A stretch of DNA of 64,000 bases, taken from IMG/VR virus record IMGVR_UViG_3300033463_000016, positions 61,995-125,994 of that record. The stretch is one strand, 5' to 3'. The translations under genes and the position numbers were made by a program. The DNA comes from a virus (Duplodnaviria > Heunggongvirae > Uroviricota > Caudoviricetes). Below the pieces are notes generated by a model. The model did no database searches and had not been told where the DNA came from. It saw only the letters and a program-made list of their open reading frames with translations. This document shows, one piece after another, positions 43,484 to 55,401 of this stretch (position 1 is its first letter; each line of letters begins with the position of its first letter).

Positions 43484-43807
43484 TTAACCGCCTTTCACCT
43501 TTTCGGCTTTCTCTCGCGTCGCCTTTTTGCGGAATAACCTATCAGCCAACTTGTCAACGGCTGCGTCAACAATCTCCTGCTCGTGCTTTTCAAGAATGCC
43601 GTCGATGGCGTCTTTTACCATTTCGCGGACGGGAGATAAATCCTTTTCATCAAATTCAGTCGAATTGTAATATCTTCGCCCGTAGATAACTCGCTTTACC
43701 TCATAGGTGATTTTTTCCACAACCTGCTTTTCAACATTGGATTCGACCTCTTTTGCGATCCGCTGTTCGTCAACTCCGATTGTTACCGGTACACTAAATA
43801 CTCCCAT
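43484..43807 (-). CDS. Hypothetical protein
   Basis: 107-aa ORF. Confidence 0.3.
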   Translation of the reverse strand: MGVFSVPVTIGVDEQRIAKEVESNVEKQVVEKITYEVKRVIYGRRYYNSTEFDEKDLSPVREMVKDAIDGILEKHEQEIVDAAVDKLADRLFRKKATREKAEKVKGG

Positions 43808-43821
43808 TATTTTCTCCTTTA

Positions 43822-44157
43822 TTAGTATAAAAAACTGTCAAGAGTTTGCTTTTCTATATCATCATCAAGGATTAGCAACGGCAATTTTCTTTTTTTATAG
43901 AATTTAAGCATTTCTTTTGTAAATCTGTAATGCTTTTTAGCGGCTTTCAATTGTTCTAATGCTTTATCACATTCATGCTGATGATATGGGATATATTTAG
44001 CCAATTCATATCCCTCTATATATAATTGATCAATATATTTTGGCAATTTATAATGAGTAACAAGTTCTTCGTCTATCCGTCTGCCATTGATAAATTTAAG
44101 AACATATACCTCACCAGGATAAGCGTCTACCCAAAAAAATTGTTTTCTATCAGCCAT
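43822..44157 (-). CDS. Hypothetical protein
   Basis: 111-aa ORF. Confidence 0.3.
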   Translation of the reverse strand: MADRKQFFWVDAYPGEVYVLKFINGRRIDEELVTHYKLPKYIDQLYIEGYELAKYIPYHQHECDKALEQLKAAKKHYRFTKEMLKFYKKRKLPLLILDDDIEKQTLDSFLY

Positions 44158-44543
44158 TAGAGTTTCCCTTCTGCCGCTGCACCGAGCATTGCAAGAGTAG
44201 TCAGAACGTTCGGATTCTCGTAATCAAACAGAACGCGATTTTCCGTGTAATTTGGATCAAGTTCGGGAATCTGTTTCACCCAAGCGTCCCAATAAGCATT
44301 GCGCCGGATCGGGGCTTTTCCATTGTGATCCTTTTCCCATAAACCAACAAGCGCATTCCACTTGTTATTGAGTTCTCGGATAATTCCGCGAATAGCGTCA
44401 TTCCGCTGCGCTTTCCGCTTCTTGATAAGTTCCTTTGATTCGGCGTTTAGCCCTTCAATGACTTTTCCGATTGACTGGATAAATTCATCCTCTGTCTGTG
44501 GATTTTCCGCAATCATCTGATTGTAGTAATCTTTTGCTTTCAT
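44157..44543 (-). CDS. Hypothetical protein
   Basis: 128-aa ORF. Confidence 0.3.
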   Translation of the reverse strand: MKAKDYYNQMIAENPQTEDEFIQSIGKVIEGLNAESKELIKKRKAQRNDAIRGIIRELNNKWNALVGLWEKDHNGKAPIRRNAYWDAWVKQIPELDPNYTENRVLFDYENPNVLTTLAMLGAAAEGKL

Positions 44544-44743
44544 TTCATTCTCCTATTTTGTTTTTCTTATTATATCTTATTTTAATGAATGGTATATATC
44601 CTATTTTACAAATATATACAACCCATCCAGGAGTCGTTTTATAAAAATCAGTAATAAATCTACTCTTTTTCTTCTTTGATTTTGATGTAACAAATGGTTT
44701 ATCCAATTCTAAATTTTCCGCACAAACCCAATACTTATTGTTT

Positions 44744-45529
44744 TTATTCTTCTTTTTCATTAAAAATCTCTCTCATTTCCAATAGTATTGAATTATATAA
44801 TCTGCGGTATTTCCATATATCCGACGCGAACATCGGAGTGTACCAAAACTCTTGGCTATCCTTTTCAACCGGAAATAACGCAGAATCTCCGATTATAGGA
44901 TTCGTAAGAGTGTTTCCAACAACCACATAACCAGCACAACCGAGCAATGATAACTGAACATAACACATCATTGCCGCCGTTCTATCAACGTCCTGTGCCA
45001 CGAATAATGCGTGATTCTGATAATTTACTTCGTGCTTTCTCATAATGTTAGCAGCGGCAATAAGTGTAGCTCCGGCGCCACAAGCACAATCGAAAACCGA
45101 CACCCAACCTTGATGGCTGATGGTTTCTTCCAGACCGTCTATATTGATCTCTGCCATAAACTCGCACAAATGATAAGGAGTGAAGAATTGACCAACCCAA
45201 TGGTTTCCGAGATTCAAATTCATAAACATATTGCCGAGAAAATCTTGTTCCGGATTTTCCGTCATAGCCTCGGTAAGAATTGCAAACATTTTTGCCGGTT
45301 TCTCAACTCCACCAAGCCGTTCAATACAACGCTCGTATTCTGCTTCTCGCTTTTCTCTGATCTTTTCGTTGTCCTCTACCCTATTTGCAAGTGCGATAGC
45401 CGACACCGTAATGAAGTCAGCCCATACCTGCCAATTACTCCGAGAATAACATAATTCCTCGAAAGTATTGATAAACTCCTTTTCAAGACTGTTTTTAGCA
45501 ATAGGTTTCTTTGCCATATAACACCTCAA
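44744..45529 (-). CDS. N6-adenine DNA methyltransferase (N-6 DNA methylase family, orphan)
   Basis: GQFFTPYHL (TP motif) and VFDCACGAGATL (AdoMet motif I). Confidence 0.75.
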   Translation of the reverse strand: MRCYMAKKPIAKNSLEKEFINTFEELCYSRSNWQVWADFITVSAIALANRVEDNEKIREKREAEYERCIERLGGVEKPAKMFAILTEAMTENPEQDFLGNMFMNLNLGNHWVGQFFTPYHLCEFMAEINIDGLEETISHQGWVSVFDCACGAGATLIAAANIMRKHEVNYQNHALFVAQDVDRTAAMMCYVQLSLLGCAGYVVVGNTLTNPIIGDSALFPVEKDSQEFWYTPMFASDIWKYRRLYNSILLEMREIFNEKEE

Positions 45530-45830
45530 AAATCATAATGTCGAACTACGTGAGTCTGGCGGCGGGTATCGTTCTCCAATTCAAAGGAAAACCAAAAGCC
45601 CGCTTCATCGACGTGATCCAAATGGGCGTTCCTTATAATATTCCCGAACAGAAAATAAACAACATTAAAGAATGCCTTGTACGCTGCCGGTTTCCTTGCT
45701 TCCCAAGTTTTTCGGCGATCGGCTTGGATTTGATTCCTTAATTTCTCATTCTCCCGTTCAAGATACTCTATTCGCTCATAAAGTTCCGATTTAGTGGGCT
45801 TTTTCATAGTTTTAACCTCTATTTAATTGA

Positions 45831-46463
45831 TTAAAAGGTGAGTTCCATATCCGTATTCGGATCGGTTTCTTCGATTTCCGTTTCAAATGCCTTGCACATC
45901 TCATCCTTTGTCGGGAGATCGTCAAGATTCCATTTCGCCACAAGAGCGACCGGATGCCAACCGTTATTCTTCTCGTATTCCGGCAACTGATTTTCCATAT
46001 AGAAAAATCTTTCGTTTTCCGCCAACGGCGTCTTATTGAAGCCACAATAACCCTCAAATGTGTTATTATCCAGATCAATAATCCAAGCGTATTCGCAATC
46101 AAACTCCGCAGCGAATGATAGGCTGTTCCTCAACTTGATTTCATCGTCGGATTCTACAATCACCCGCAAAATTTCTCCGCCTGTATCTCTCGACAACTCC
46201 GGATATACCTTTTGCCAGGATTTCAGATCACCGGATTCGATTCTTGCATTGATAGCGTCAATGTCTGCCTGGGTGATCCATTGACAAGCACGGATTTTCC
46301 GTTCAAACTCCTTTCGGAATCCAACATCAGATAAACGCTTGCAAAATTCCAAACACGTTGCCCCCTGTCCATCGGGATAGCCATCCCATTGTCCATACTG
46401 CGCAACCTTATATTCTCCGTCGATGAAAACTGCGACCAAATTTCTTGTACCCATTCCGTCCAT
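45831..46463 (-). CDS. Hypothetical protein
   Basis: 210-aa ORF. Confidence 0.35.
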   Translation of the reverse strand: MDGMGTRNLVAVFIDGEYKVAQYGQWDGYPDGQGATCLEFCKRLSDVGFRKEFERKIRACQWITQADIDAINARIESGDLKSWQKVYPELSRDTGGEILRVIVESDDEIKLRNSLSFAAEFDCEYAWIIDLDNNTFEGYCGFNKTPLAENERFFYMENQLPEYEKNNGWHPVALVAKWNLDDLPTKDEMCKAFETEIEETDPNTDMELTF

Positions 46464-46471
46464 CCTTTCGA

Positions 46472-48322
46472 TTAAAAAATCGGTTTATAAGTGTTGATGA
46501 TTGGCTTGATGCCTTTTTCCTTGAAGTAGTCGATAATCACATCATACTGCTTCTTATCACAAGACAAGAATTTGGTATGCCTTGTGTAAACTCCGTTTTC
46601 TCCGTTCTCGGTATATTCCCACATCAGGCTTTCGGGATAATCCACCCAACCATCATAGATGAGAACATCACGATAAAAATATTTGGAATACAGCCCTCTC
46701 TTGCGCTCTGGCGTGAAGAACATATTAACGGCTTTGTCATACTGTGCATATGATCCATTCTTGAATCCGCTATATGTGACTTTTGATTTCGTTATCATTC
46801 CAAAATCGCCAATCTGAATAATCGTGATCTTCTGTCCCTGCCTAATCTTTGCCGTTTCAAACTGATGTTGAATGTCAATCGGCTCGGTAAGAATACGATA
46901 AAGGGCTTCTTTGATGGTAGGATTCTCGATAGCCTGGATAACACCAGCGTCAAACCGAAGATTCATCGATTCAATGCTTTCGATTAAATGCAAGCGGAAC
47001 AGATCGAACGAAATTGATACGATGGTTTCCGGTGTGCAGTATTCATTGTTCACGAAAATCTCATCAATGACCGTCATCAGGTTGATCGCTGCGGCTTTGT
47101 TTGCTTCCGCTTCTTCATCGGCGATTCCCTTGTTTCCTTCGTAGTTATCCGCAACTTTGGATTCAGAATCGACCTCATAAGTGTATCTGGCGTAACTGAA
47201 TCCTTCCGGATTGATGACCAATTTCAGTTCGTCGCCGCAATAAATGGCTACACACTTTGTATTGTACCATTCGACCGTTTCACGTTCTTCTGCGCTCATA
47301 CGATTGAAATCCATCATTGTCTGGATTCTGTAATCGTCGGTAGCGCCGCCGCCCATCTGTTCAAGGAATGAGAAATCCGTGATAAGGTGCTGAATGAACA
47401 GATCATAAAGATGCTCGGAGAGATATACACGTCTTGCAACTCGACAATTCTCACGTTTGTGATCGGCGTAATAATCATCGTCTTTTTCACTGAGATTTGA
47501 TACCTTGTTGGCTACCAAACGAACATTCATAACCCACATATCACAATCTTCCGATTTGTAACCAGCTTCGATCTCGGCGGCTTCTTCGGCTCTGCGCTTC
47601 TCGACGATCTCCGCCTCTCTACGCTCGATCTCCATCTGTTTCATTCTTTCCTGATACTCGCGTTCTTTACGTTCTGCTTCTGCCTTTTCAAACGCTGCCA
47701 GATCAATCCTGAACTGTTCGGAGATAGTATGCTCGGCGACGGTTTCATCGCGCTGCTCATATTCGTACTTATTTACGATATTGCTTATATGATAAGAACC
47801 ATAGAAGTTAACATCAAAATAGTCAGAATAGTAATCAGAATTGTTATAGTTATAACTTTCTACAAATCTATAAACATATTCCGCGATAGCCTTAACCTCT
47901 ACACTCTCACGATCCCAAGGGCTAGATTTCATCAGAACGTCAATAGAATTATAGTCTGATCTAACCGACCATTTGCACATCGGGAATCTGGATCGGATAT
48001 GCTTCCGGATAATTGCGGCGATCTCTTTCGTATCATTGATATGATACTTCTCATAGTTATTTCCGATCTCGTCCGTTCTCGTCATCTGGAACAGATTATA
48101 CTGTTCAGATTCCTTTTTGCTCTCCTTCTTGATTTCCTCGCAGTTTTCAAGGCTCCTGGCGAATGCCATTCTTTCCTCGGTCTGCTTCGCATACCACATT
48201 TTTTGCTTGCCGCTCCATCTAAATCCCAGCTCTTTCATCTGTGCCAGAACTTCGCTGCTCGGCTTGCTGTCGAATCTGATCTCGATCCCGTTTTTCTCGT
48301 TATTGATTGTAATTGTAGTCAT
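46472..48322 (-). CDS. Large hypothetical protein
   Basis: 616-aa ORF; no recognisable motif. Confidence 0.45.
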   Translation of the reverse strand: MTTITINNEKNGIEIRFDSKPSSEVLAQMKELGFRWSGKQKMWYAKQTEERMAFARSLENCEEIKKESKKESEQYNLFQMTRTDEIGNNYEKYHINDTKEIAAIIRKHIRSRFPMCKWSVRSDYNSIDVLMKSSPWDRESVEVKAIAEYVYRFVESYNYNNSDYYSDYFDVNFYGSYHISNIVNKYEYEQRDETVAEHTISEQFRIDLAAFEKAEAERKEREYQERMKQMEIERREAEIVEKRRAEEAAEIEAGYKSEDCDMWVMNVRLVANKVSNLSEKDDDYYADHKRENCRVARRVYLSEHLYDLFIQHLITDFSFLEQMGGGATDDYRIQTMMDFNRMSAEERETVEWYNTKCVAIYCGDELKLVINPEGFSYARYTYEVDSESKVADNYEGNKGIADEEAEANKAAAINLMTVIDEIFVNNEYCTPETIVSISFDLFRLHLIESIESMNLRFDAGVIQAIENPTIKEALYRILTEPIDIQHQFETAKIRQGQKITIIQIGDFGMITKSKVTYSGFKNGSYAQYDKAVNMFFTPERKRGLYSKYFYRDVLIYDGWVDYPESLMWEYTENGENGVYTRHTKFLSCDKKQYDVIIDYFKEKGIKPIINTYKPIF

Positions 48323-48372
48323 ATTCTGTTCCCCATTTCTTAATCGTGATTCTGTTTAATCTCACTATGGTT

Positions 48373-48430
48373 ATTATACTACAAATCATTCAATTTGTCA
48401 ATCACTTTGGACTATTTCTTGAATAATTTT
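48373..48430 (-). promoter_or_regulatory. Sigma70-type promoter (TTGACA-17-TATAAT) plus AAGAAATAGTCCAAAG box
   Basis: -35 at 48396-48401, -10 at 48373-48378. Confidence 0.65.
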
Positions 48431-48783
48431 TAATAAAAATGATGATGAAATCACCATTTTATCGTCATATTATTTTGCTAATTTCATAGCAGTATGATGG
48501 TACAAATGACCATCTGCACAACGGATAAAAACATCTTTATCCTCGACGGTAATTTCCGCTACGTGTTCCGGTCTGTATATCGGATTCTTGCCGCCTTGTT
48601 CGATGATGAAAACCTTATCATCCTTGTGCAGAGATTTTGCTTCTGAATACTTCATATTTTCGCCTCAATACACCCTGTAATCCTTGTAAATTTCTCCATT
48701 CGGATCAAGCGCTTTACATATTTTATATTTCCGATCTTCTCTTTGAATAATTATCTCATCATCAATTTTCATAAAATCATCTC

Positions 48784-49116
48784 TCAATCAAATTCAACTT
48801 GTTCAAATAACGCCATTTGCAAGGCGTCGATTTCTTCCGCCTGTTCTGAATTTTTGCAATACTCGAAAAGAGTATCACTATCATAATAGTCTTTTCCGTC
48901 GTCGATATACCAATCTTCCCATTCGCCTTCATCTTCGTTATACATCTGCAATCCGCCCGTATTAGCATAATCCGGCTTGATATTATTGTTATACTGAAAA
49001 CAATCATACGCTGCCAAAATATCCAGGACTTTCTTGCCCTCTACCGGAGATTGAACAGGAATATAAAACGGCTTCATCGGCACTTGCGGAATCCACCATA
49101 CCCGTAGTTTTTCCAT
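48784..49116 (-). CDS. Hypothetical acidic protein
   Basis: 110-aa ORF. Confidence 0.3.
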   Translation of the reverse strand: MEKLRVWWIPQVPMKPFYIPVQSPVEGKKVLDILAAYDCFQYNNNIKPDYANTGGLQMYNEDEGEWEDWYIDDGKDYYDSDTLFEYCKNSEQAEEIDALQMALFEQVEFD

Positions 49117-49284
49117 AATATTACCTCATAACAATTTTATAATATCTTGACAATTCAAATGTCACATATTCATCATTGTCAAAATCATAGATAGTCAATA
49201 GATTAGAAGAAATTGCGCACTCCCGATCTGTATGATAAATAATCGGACTACTATTTTCATCGTAATACAATTCAATTATTGTAA

Positions 49285-49605
49285 TCATATTGATTGCCTC
49301 TTGTATTCGTAATCTTCCACGCCGGTGATATACTTCTCATAATCTACCCGGATGAGCTTTTCGCCACCGACCGTCTGGACGCCACTACCGAATGCGATCC
49401 TGCCATTTGTGCCGACAAAGTTGATCGTCATATTTCCGTTGACCGCCATAATTTCGGCAAAACATCTTTCTGTTGGTTTCTTGCCATCTGCAAACATAAA
49501 GCCTTCATCCTCGGCTTGTTGCATAAAGCGTTCACCGATTGCCACATTTGCCAGATACACATATACCCTGCCATTTTTCTTGCTTAATTCTTTAATCGTT
49601 CTCAT
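49285..49605 (-). CDS. Hypothetical protein
   Basis: 106-aa ORF. Confidence 0.3.
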   Translation of the reverse strand: MRTIKELSKKNGRVYVYLANVAIGERFMQQAEDEGFMFADGKKPTERCFAEIMAVNGNMTINFVGTNGRIAFGSGVQTVGGEKLIRVDYEKYITGVEDYEYKRQSI

Positions 49606-49829
49606 TGTATCAATCCTTTACAAAATAATGATAATAGAGTATGCAAGAAAAAAAATCCCATCGTCATCGACGGGATCAGCGTCCCATCGTTCAAGCATTA
49701 CCACCTTGCACACATCATCAATTTTTCCATAAATTGACGGTTAATATGTAGGTTGGTGTATGGTCATCGGGCTTGTCCCTCGCATACTCTATATGGTACT
49801 TTTAATTATAGCCGGAGGATTCCGATCTG

Positions 49830-51026
49830 TCAAGCGTTATCTTTCATAAATTCTATCAGCTCATCACTATGATCTTTGCACTCATTGATTCTCATAGGCA
49901 CTACTACGGTATGATATTCCTTGTTGTAGAAATGAATCATAGCCATAGAATTATTAAATGTTGCGACCTGGCAATCAGTAATGTCGGCATTGTCCTTAAA
50001 TATCTTCAAAACTATTCCGACGTATTCAGGGTCAAGCATTCGCACGAATCCATCAGGAATATCCCCCTGATATGATAACTCATCCATTGTCCGGTATTTA
50101 CTGTTGGAATAGCCGGAATACAGTTTGTCGCCGATCTTGTGGATAATCGTACCCATTCGGCAGCGTGTCGAATTACATTTCTCATACTGCGCCATTACAT
50201 CATAAACTTCGGCAATATTTAGATAGAATCGAACATCTGCCTTCTTGGTGTTGTTGATAATATCCATATACCTCATAAATGATCCGTTGGATGTGTCAGG
50301 TAGTTTTACGGAATATTTGAAGTCCTTGCCCTGGAACGTTCCCCAATCCGCCTTATCGGTAATATAAACGTCGATTTCCTCATCAGCCTTGTAATTCGTG
50401 ATTTTCTTGAAATTCGCAAGAAATCCGGTAGTTTTGCCCGGAATGAGCATTTGAAAATTCATCCGCTCAAATTTCCAATCAATATGACGGAGGATAAGTG
50501 TGAATCCGCTGATTGTGAGCATTGCCATATTTTCCGGATCAATGCAATAACACTGATATATGGGCTTCGCATTGTTTTCGGATAGACTCGGTGCAAGAGT
50601 CTGCATTGTATCGATTAGCTCACGTTTTCCAACTCTGAAGGCAATGCTGCCGGTGCTGGGCTTTTCCAAAAGCTGATCCGCGTCAGAATTGTACGTCCGG
50701 ATTTCACTGCGCTTCTTATCCGTTGACGCCTTGAAATATTTGCCGTCAATCACTTCAATAGTAATAAATCCGTTGATTGATAACAGGGGCTTGACCTCGG
50801 ATGTATCGACGATCGCAAAACCGCCTTCAATCACACGTGCAGAATCCACCGTGATGGTGAGAATCTCATCCAACTGCTGCGCCGAGAATGTGACCGTTCC
50901 GGCGTTCTGATCGGCTGTAATCACGATATAGAATAACTGTGATAAATGTCCGCCCTTCTTACCAGATACAACCATAACACGCTCCATAGCGGTCTGGAAT
51001 GTCTTTGAATCAATAGTGAATTTCAT
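49830..51026 (-). CDS. DNA polymerase sliding clamp (DnaN-like beta clamp)
   Basis: N-terminus MKFTIDSKTFQTAMERV...LSQLFYIVITADQNAGTVTFSAQQLDEIL resembles beta-clamp domain I; 398 aa consistent with three-domain clamp. Confidence 0.5.
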   Translation of the reverse strand: MKFTIDSKTFQTAMERVMVVSGKKGGHLSQLFYIVITADQNAGTVTFSAQQLDEILTITVDSARVIEGGFAIVDTSEVKPLLSINGFITIEVIDGKYFKASTDKKRSEIRTYNSDADQLLEKPSTGSIAFRVGKRELIDTMQTLAPSLSENNAKPIYQCYCIDPENMAMLTISGFTLILRHIDWKFERMNFQMLIPGKTTGFLANFKKITNYKADEEIDVYITDKADWGTFQGKDFKYSVKLPDTSNGSFMRYMDIINNTKKADVRFYLNIAEVYDVMAQYEKCNSTRCRMGTIIHKIGDKLYSGYSNSKYRTMDELSYQGDIPDGFVRMLDPEYVGIVLKIFKDNADITDCQVATFNNSMAMIHFYNKEYHTVVVPMRINECKDHSDELIEFMKDNA

Positions 51027-51862
51027 TTGTTACTCCTTTTTATGCTCACATTTTCGCAAGGTGTGTACATCAGCAACCCCCTTAATGCGCTCGACCATAA
51101 TATATCTCCGGTCTTTCCGTTACATTATATATATAACTTCCGCATTTAACTAAAAGGGCGTCCTGACCGTAATATTTTTCTTTCATTCCTCTGACGCTGC
51201 CTGACGCTGAAAAATTAGGGAAATTTTCAATATGCAAACGCCGACCTTCCGCGACCGGTAGATATTTAACCCTCACAATAATCAACCTCCATCAGTTGAA
51301 GAATCCACCTAATGCCAGAACGGTAATATCAATCGCCGCTCCGAGAATTGACAACCACGCACTATAATAACCGTCCTTCGGTTTTCCGTGATTTCCTATG
51401 GCAATCCCTGTTCCAACCAAAAGCATTCCGAGATAAATTATTTTCCAAATATTCATTATAGATTCTCCTTTTTATTGTTTTCCATTTCTCGATAGATTTC
51501 TTTATATCTCTTGTCCGTGAATACAGATACTCGCGGGCGGCGTCCGGAATTTGTAATTTCCACAACACTGCTGATGGCATAACCTTTCAAAGTGTCTTGT
51601 GCTACATATCGGAATAAATCATCCTTCGATTCACATTCCACCAATACCGATGACGCATAATGATAAGATATACAAAACAAATATCCTTTGATTTCCCGTG
51701 CCATTTTACTCTCCCATTTCGTGTTGACGTTTCAGGTATTCGGCATATCTTACAGCATTACAGCCGAAATACCAAGCGTTATTTGAATAATACTTGTATA
51801 ACTCTGGATCATACTTTTTGAAGATTTCAAAACATTCTTCTCTGCTCATTTCTGCCATATTA

Positions 51863-52183
51863 TCACCACAATTCCGATTCATCAAATACTTCGATTTGTA
51901 TGACGTTCTTCTCTTTGTATCTCGCATTCAACCGATTATAAGCCTTGATTCGCTCAGCGATCTCGGTTTCGCTGCCGTAGAAGATATAACCCTCGCCAGA
52001 TACTCGATAACCGCCATCAACTTTCATATATTTGATCGTTCCCTCGATCGGTTCAACTCTCATTTTGAAATATCCCTGCGGATTATCTTCACTCTTGAAT
52101 ACGTCATCCCAATCAAGAGAAGAATTATAATATCCCGACTTATTCAGCCTTTTTACAATGATCGTGCCTTTCATTTGTAACAC
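51863..52183 (-). CDS. Hypothetical protein
   Basis: 106-aa ORF. Confidence 0.3.
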   Translation of the reverse strand: MLQMKGTIIVKRLNKSGYYNSSLDWDDVFKSEDNPQGYFKMRVEPIEGTIKYMKVDGGYRVSGEGYIFYGSETEIAERIKAYNRLNARYKEKNVIQIEVFDESELW

Positions 52184-52208
52184 CCCTTCTCCGCTCTGGT
52201 ATCTTTTA

Positions 52209-52574
52209 CTATGCCGCTACTTTCCGGCTCCTGATACTATCGATGTATTTGTCTACGATCCGATAAAGCTCCATAATGAACTCCTGGCATTCCTCCATAT
52301 CCTCGTAAATATCTTTGATGTCATACGGTGCGCCATTTATGCCGTGTCCATCGGCTCCGATCCATAATGACGCTTCATAAGATACATCAAAATCCTGATA
52401 ATAAGAAAGAATGTTCATAAGGAAATAATCAAGGCTGTTTTCTGTATCAATGCAGAAATGAAAATCCTGACCTGCCGAACTGTACTTGCTAAAGCCAATG
52501 ATTGTTTCATCCTCATATTCAATAACAAAATCTGCCTTCTCGATCATCTTTGTTAATCTCTTTGATAACTTCAT
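52209..52574 (-). CDS. Hypothetical protein
   Basis: 121-aa ORF downstream of promoter at 52656-52684. Confidence 0.35.
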   Translation of the reverse strand: MKLSKRLTKMIEKADFVIEYEDETIIGFSKYSSAGQDFHFCIDTENSLDYFLMNILSYYQDFDVSYEASLWIGADGHGINGAPYDIKDIYEDMEECQEFIMELYRIVDKYIDSIRSRKVAA

Positions 52575-52655
52575 TTTTACAACCTCATTTCTATTTTGTT
52601 TTATTTCTTGTTTTGCTAATTATTTATAGGGCTGCCGCCCTAATCCGTTATCTAT

Positions 52656-52712
52656 ATTATATACTAAATAGTATGTTATGTCAACATTATTTTGCTTTAT
52701 TTCTTGAATTAA
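52656..52712 (-). promoter_or_regulatory. Sigma70-type promoter (TTGACA-17-TATAAT) with ATACTA..TAGTAT operator-like palindrome, plus AAGAAATAAAGCAAAA box
   Basis: -35 at 52679-52684, -10 at 52656-52661; spacer ACATACTATTTAGTAT. Confidence 0.65.
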
Positions 52713-52794
52713 TTTTGTGAAATGCCATATCCTGCAAGTCAGTCATATCACTAACTGCAAGATATGACAATTCACATTAGCATATTATCTGTTT

Positions 52795-53265
52795 TTAATC
52801 CTCGTCCTCGTCATCTTCAAAATCATCTTCAAAGTCATCAATGGCTTCAATGATAACCATCAAAGTTTCCTTTGCTTCAAGGATAGCTCCATCCTCATAA
52901 TCGTTCGCTGCCTGTCGGATCGCCTTCACAATCTTCTCGTCGGATAACTCTGCACCATTGTAATACTCGCTTACAATATTTTCATCCTCACGTTCAGCCC
53001 ATACAATGTTGCCACTCTCGATGTTGGCAATAACCATTTCACGGATAGCCATTTCATCACCAGGATTGCAAGGTAAACCAGAATCATATGACGGGCTACC
53101 GTAGTCCTTATAAGCCGTGAAAATCTCGGCAAGTAAAGAATGCTCTCCATCCGATTCAAGCGGATTAAAGACGATATAAACGATCTTATTGTCCGTTTCC
53201 AGATCAATAATCATCGTGCTTGCAAATGTTGTCTTATACTCGTCAATAGGATCATAAGTATTCAT
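52795..53265 (-). CDS. Hypothetical highly acidic protein
   Basis: 156-aa ORF, DE-rich tail (DDFEDDFEDDEDED). Confidence 0.35.
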   Translation of the reverse strand: MNTYDPIDEYKTTFASTMIIDLETDNKIVYIVFNPLESDGEHSLLAEIFTAYKDYGSPSYDSGLPCNPGDEMAIREMVIANIESGNIVWAEREDENIVSEYYNGAELSDEKIVKAIRQAANDYEDGAILEAKETLMVIIEAIDDFEDDFEDDEDED

Positions 53266-54250
53266 AGTGTTCTCCTTTCAAACTGCCGTATCAACTTCAA
53301 AAACCACATAGGGTAATTGTGTTTCCGGATCGAATCTCGGATAGACGTACCGGATATTCATATCCATATAGTCGTCGTTCTTTAACGAAAATCTATCCGA
53401 TATATCGCCTTTATAGATTTCGTGTTCTCTTTCATCTTCATCAAATCCGATGATGATAATGTGTCCCTGGATTTCAAATTGATCCATCAATTCTCCGATC
53501 GTCATCTTGTTATCTCCTTTGTGAATTTCTTGCCCGTTGCCGTAAATACTTCCGGCGTGCTGCCGGTGTTGGCAAATTCATCATATACTTTGTATCTTCG
53601 TGTGTCATCGGTGGATTGTTCGGTGTCAGTGCATTGAATATACCGATGACCACCCACACAATCAAGATGAGTAAAACAATTAACAAAGAAATTGTAATCA
53701 CCTCCAGACTATAATACCCGATTTATTTCGGAATTTCAAGCATAATAATCAAATTCCGCTAAACCGCCGCTATCCTCAATGTACCGGATACAACCATCAA
53801 CCGTGAACTCATTACCATACTCACGATCATCCGATTCTTCATAATCAAATGACGCAATAATGATATAAACCAGGTTTTCGATTGTTGTCTTGACTTCATA
53901 GCCTGTCGATTTAATATAATCAGCGATCCGATCACAATCGCATTTCTTTTCTTCCGGTGTGTCCGGCTCATATGTCCAGAATCCATATCTATCAACCATA
54001 ATAGCCTCCTATCAATATTCCTCGTTTACAATCTGATCCAGATTTTCGATGACCTTGTTTGCGTCGATTCCGATGTCCATCCTGCCAAGTGCATATATCA
54101 GATCGGTCAAACTGTTATATGCTTTCCATCCGGCTTTTGTCATAGGATTATGATGAACTTCTCCATCGCTATCAACTCCGCTAACCGGTGGATTCTTATA
54201 GAATGGGCGCTTGACGTTAAAAAACTGCTGTAAAATTTCTTCCAACATAA

Positions 54251-54826
54251 TCAAGCCACCTCATATAATCTTGTTCTCAACTCCGGCAACTTCTCAGCAA
54301 TCGGTCTTTTGTCTTTCAACGCTGCGCATAACTCGGTGAATGGAAGAATGTCCAGAATCCGGCTGTACTGCTCAATCTCGGAATACATTTCAAACTGACG
54401 CTTGTATTCTTCCCTCATCTTGTCCGCTGCTGATTTAATCCTTGCCATATCATCGGCGGGAATATAATTCTCTGCAACATACAGCTTGATATTACCAGCC
54501 GGAGAAATGTGTGCAACCATCTTGTAATCGTTATTCTCCATTACCGCACGATTACATACTGTCAAACCATTTCCCAAATAGCCCATAAAAAGATCAAATT
54601 TCTTTGCCGTTTCCGGCTGTTCTTTCCCCTGTGTTTCGATAGAAATTATGTGGCAAATCTCATCGTTTCGGATGATTGACCAATTCATTTGCCATTTGTG
54701 TCCTTTATCGTCCGTTCCCGTCCAATGTCCGGTATCATCTTTGGTATAAACCATCTTGCCGATGGCGTTGCCCGCCATAATCTCACATTCGATTCTGATC
54801 GCATTTCTCGGTATCTTGTTTGCCAT
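54251..54826 (-). CDS. Hypothetical protein
   Basis: 191-aa ORF. Confidence 0.35.
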   Translation of the reverse strand: MANKIPRNAIRIECEIMAGNAIGKMVYTKDDTGHWTGTDDKGHKWQMNWSIIRNDEICHIISIETQGKEQPETAKKFDLFMGYLGNGLTVCNRAVMENNDYKMVAHISPAGNIKLYVAENYIPADDMARIKSAADKMREEYKRQFEMYSEIEQYSRILDILPFTELCAALKDKRPIAEKLPELRTRLYEVA

Positions 54827-54919
54827 AATAAAGCTCCTTTTTTGATTGCTTTGTGATTTTGTTTTATTTCTTGAATAGATTTGTTTTAATAGGCGGATGA
54901 CCGCCTATCTGATAGTATA

Positions 54920-54948
54920 AGTATATCACATACTAAAATGTATGTCAA
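54920..54948 (-). promoter_or_regulatory. Sigma70-type promoter (TTGACA-17-TATACT) with ACATAC..GTATGT palindrome in spacer
   Basis: -35 at 54943-54948, -10 at 54920-54925; leader hairpin TAGGCGGTCATCCGCCTA; AAGAAATAAAACAAAA box at 54862-54882 next to the RBS. Confidence 0.65.
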
Positions 54949-55401
54949 GCGATTTCAGAAAAAAGTATGGAATGCGCGGATAAATTTTCCGAAAATTGAT
55001 CCGGCGCCACAATACTATATAGACTGTAAAGGATATATAGTATTGTGTTTATTTATATACTTAACAATACTTCTAATATATATTATATACTCTATAAGAG
55101 CTGTTATTTCCACATCTGGAACACTTTGAACATATCCCTGAATAGCTCCGTTATGCTCTTGCCGGATTGCTTCTCACCCTCTATATAATCAATGATTTCG
55201 GCGTCACGATCCCGGCGTAGAGATATGGTATAGGTCTTGTAATTCTCTTTATTCCATTTGCGGCTTGCCTGATAATTCGTATTTTTGGCATATTCTCGCT
55301 GGTGTTCGTTCTTGTGCTGCCTTGCCTTATCTGAAATTCTTTGTGCCATCAAATCCCTCCTGTTGGATTTATTCTATCATATACTGTCGAATTATTCAAC
55401 C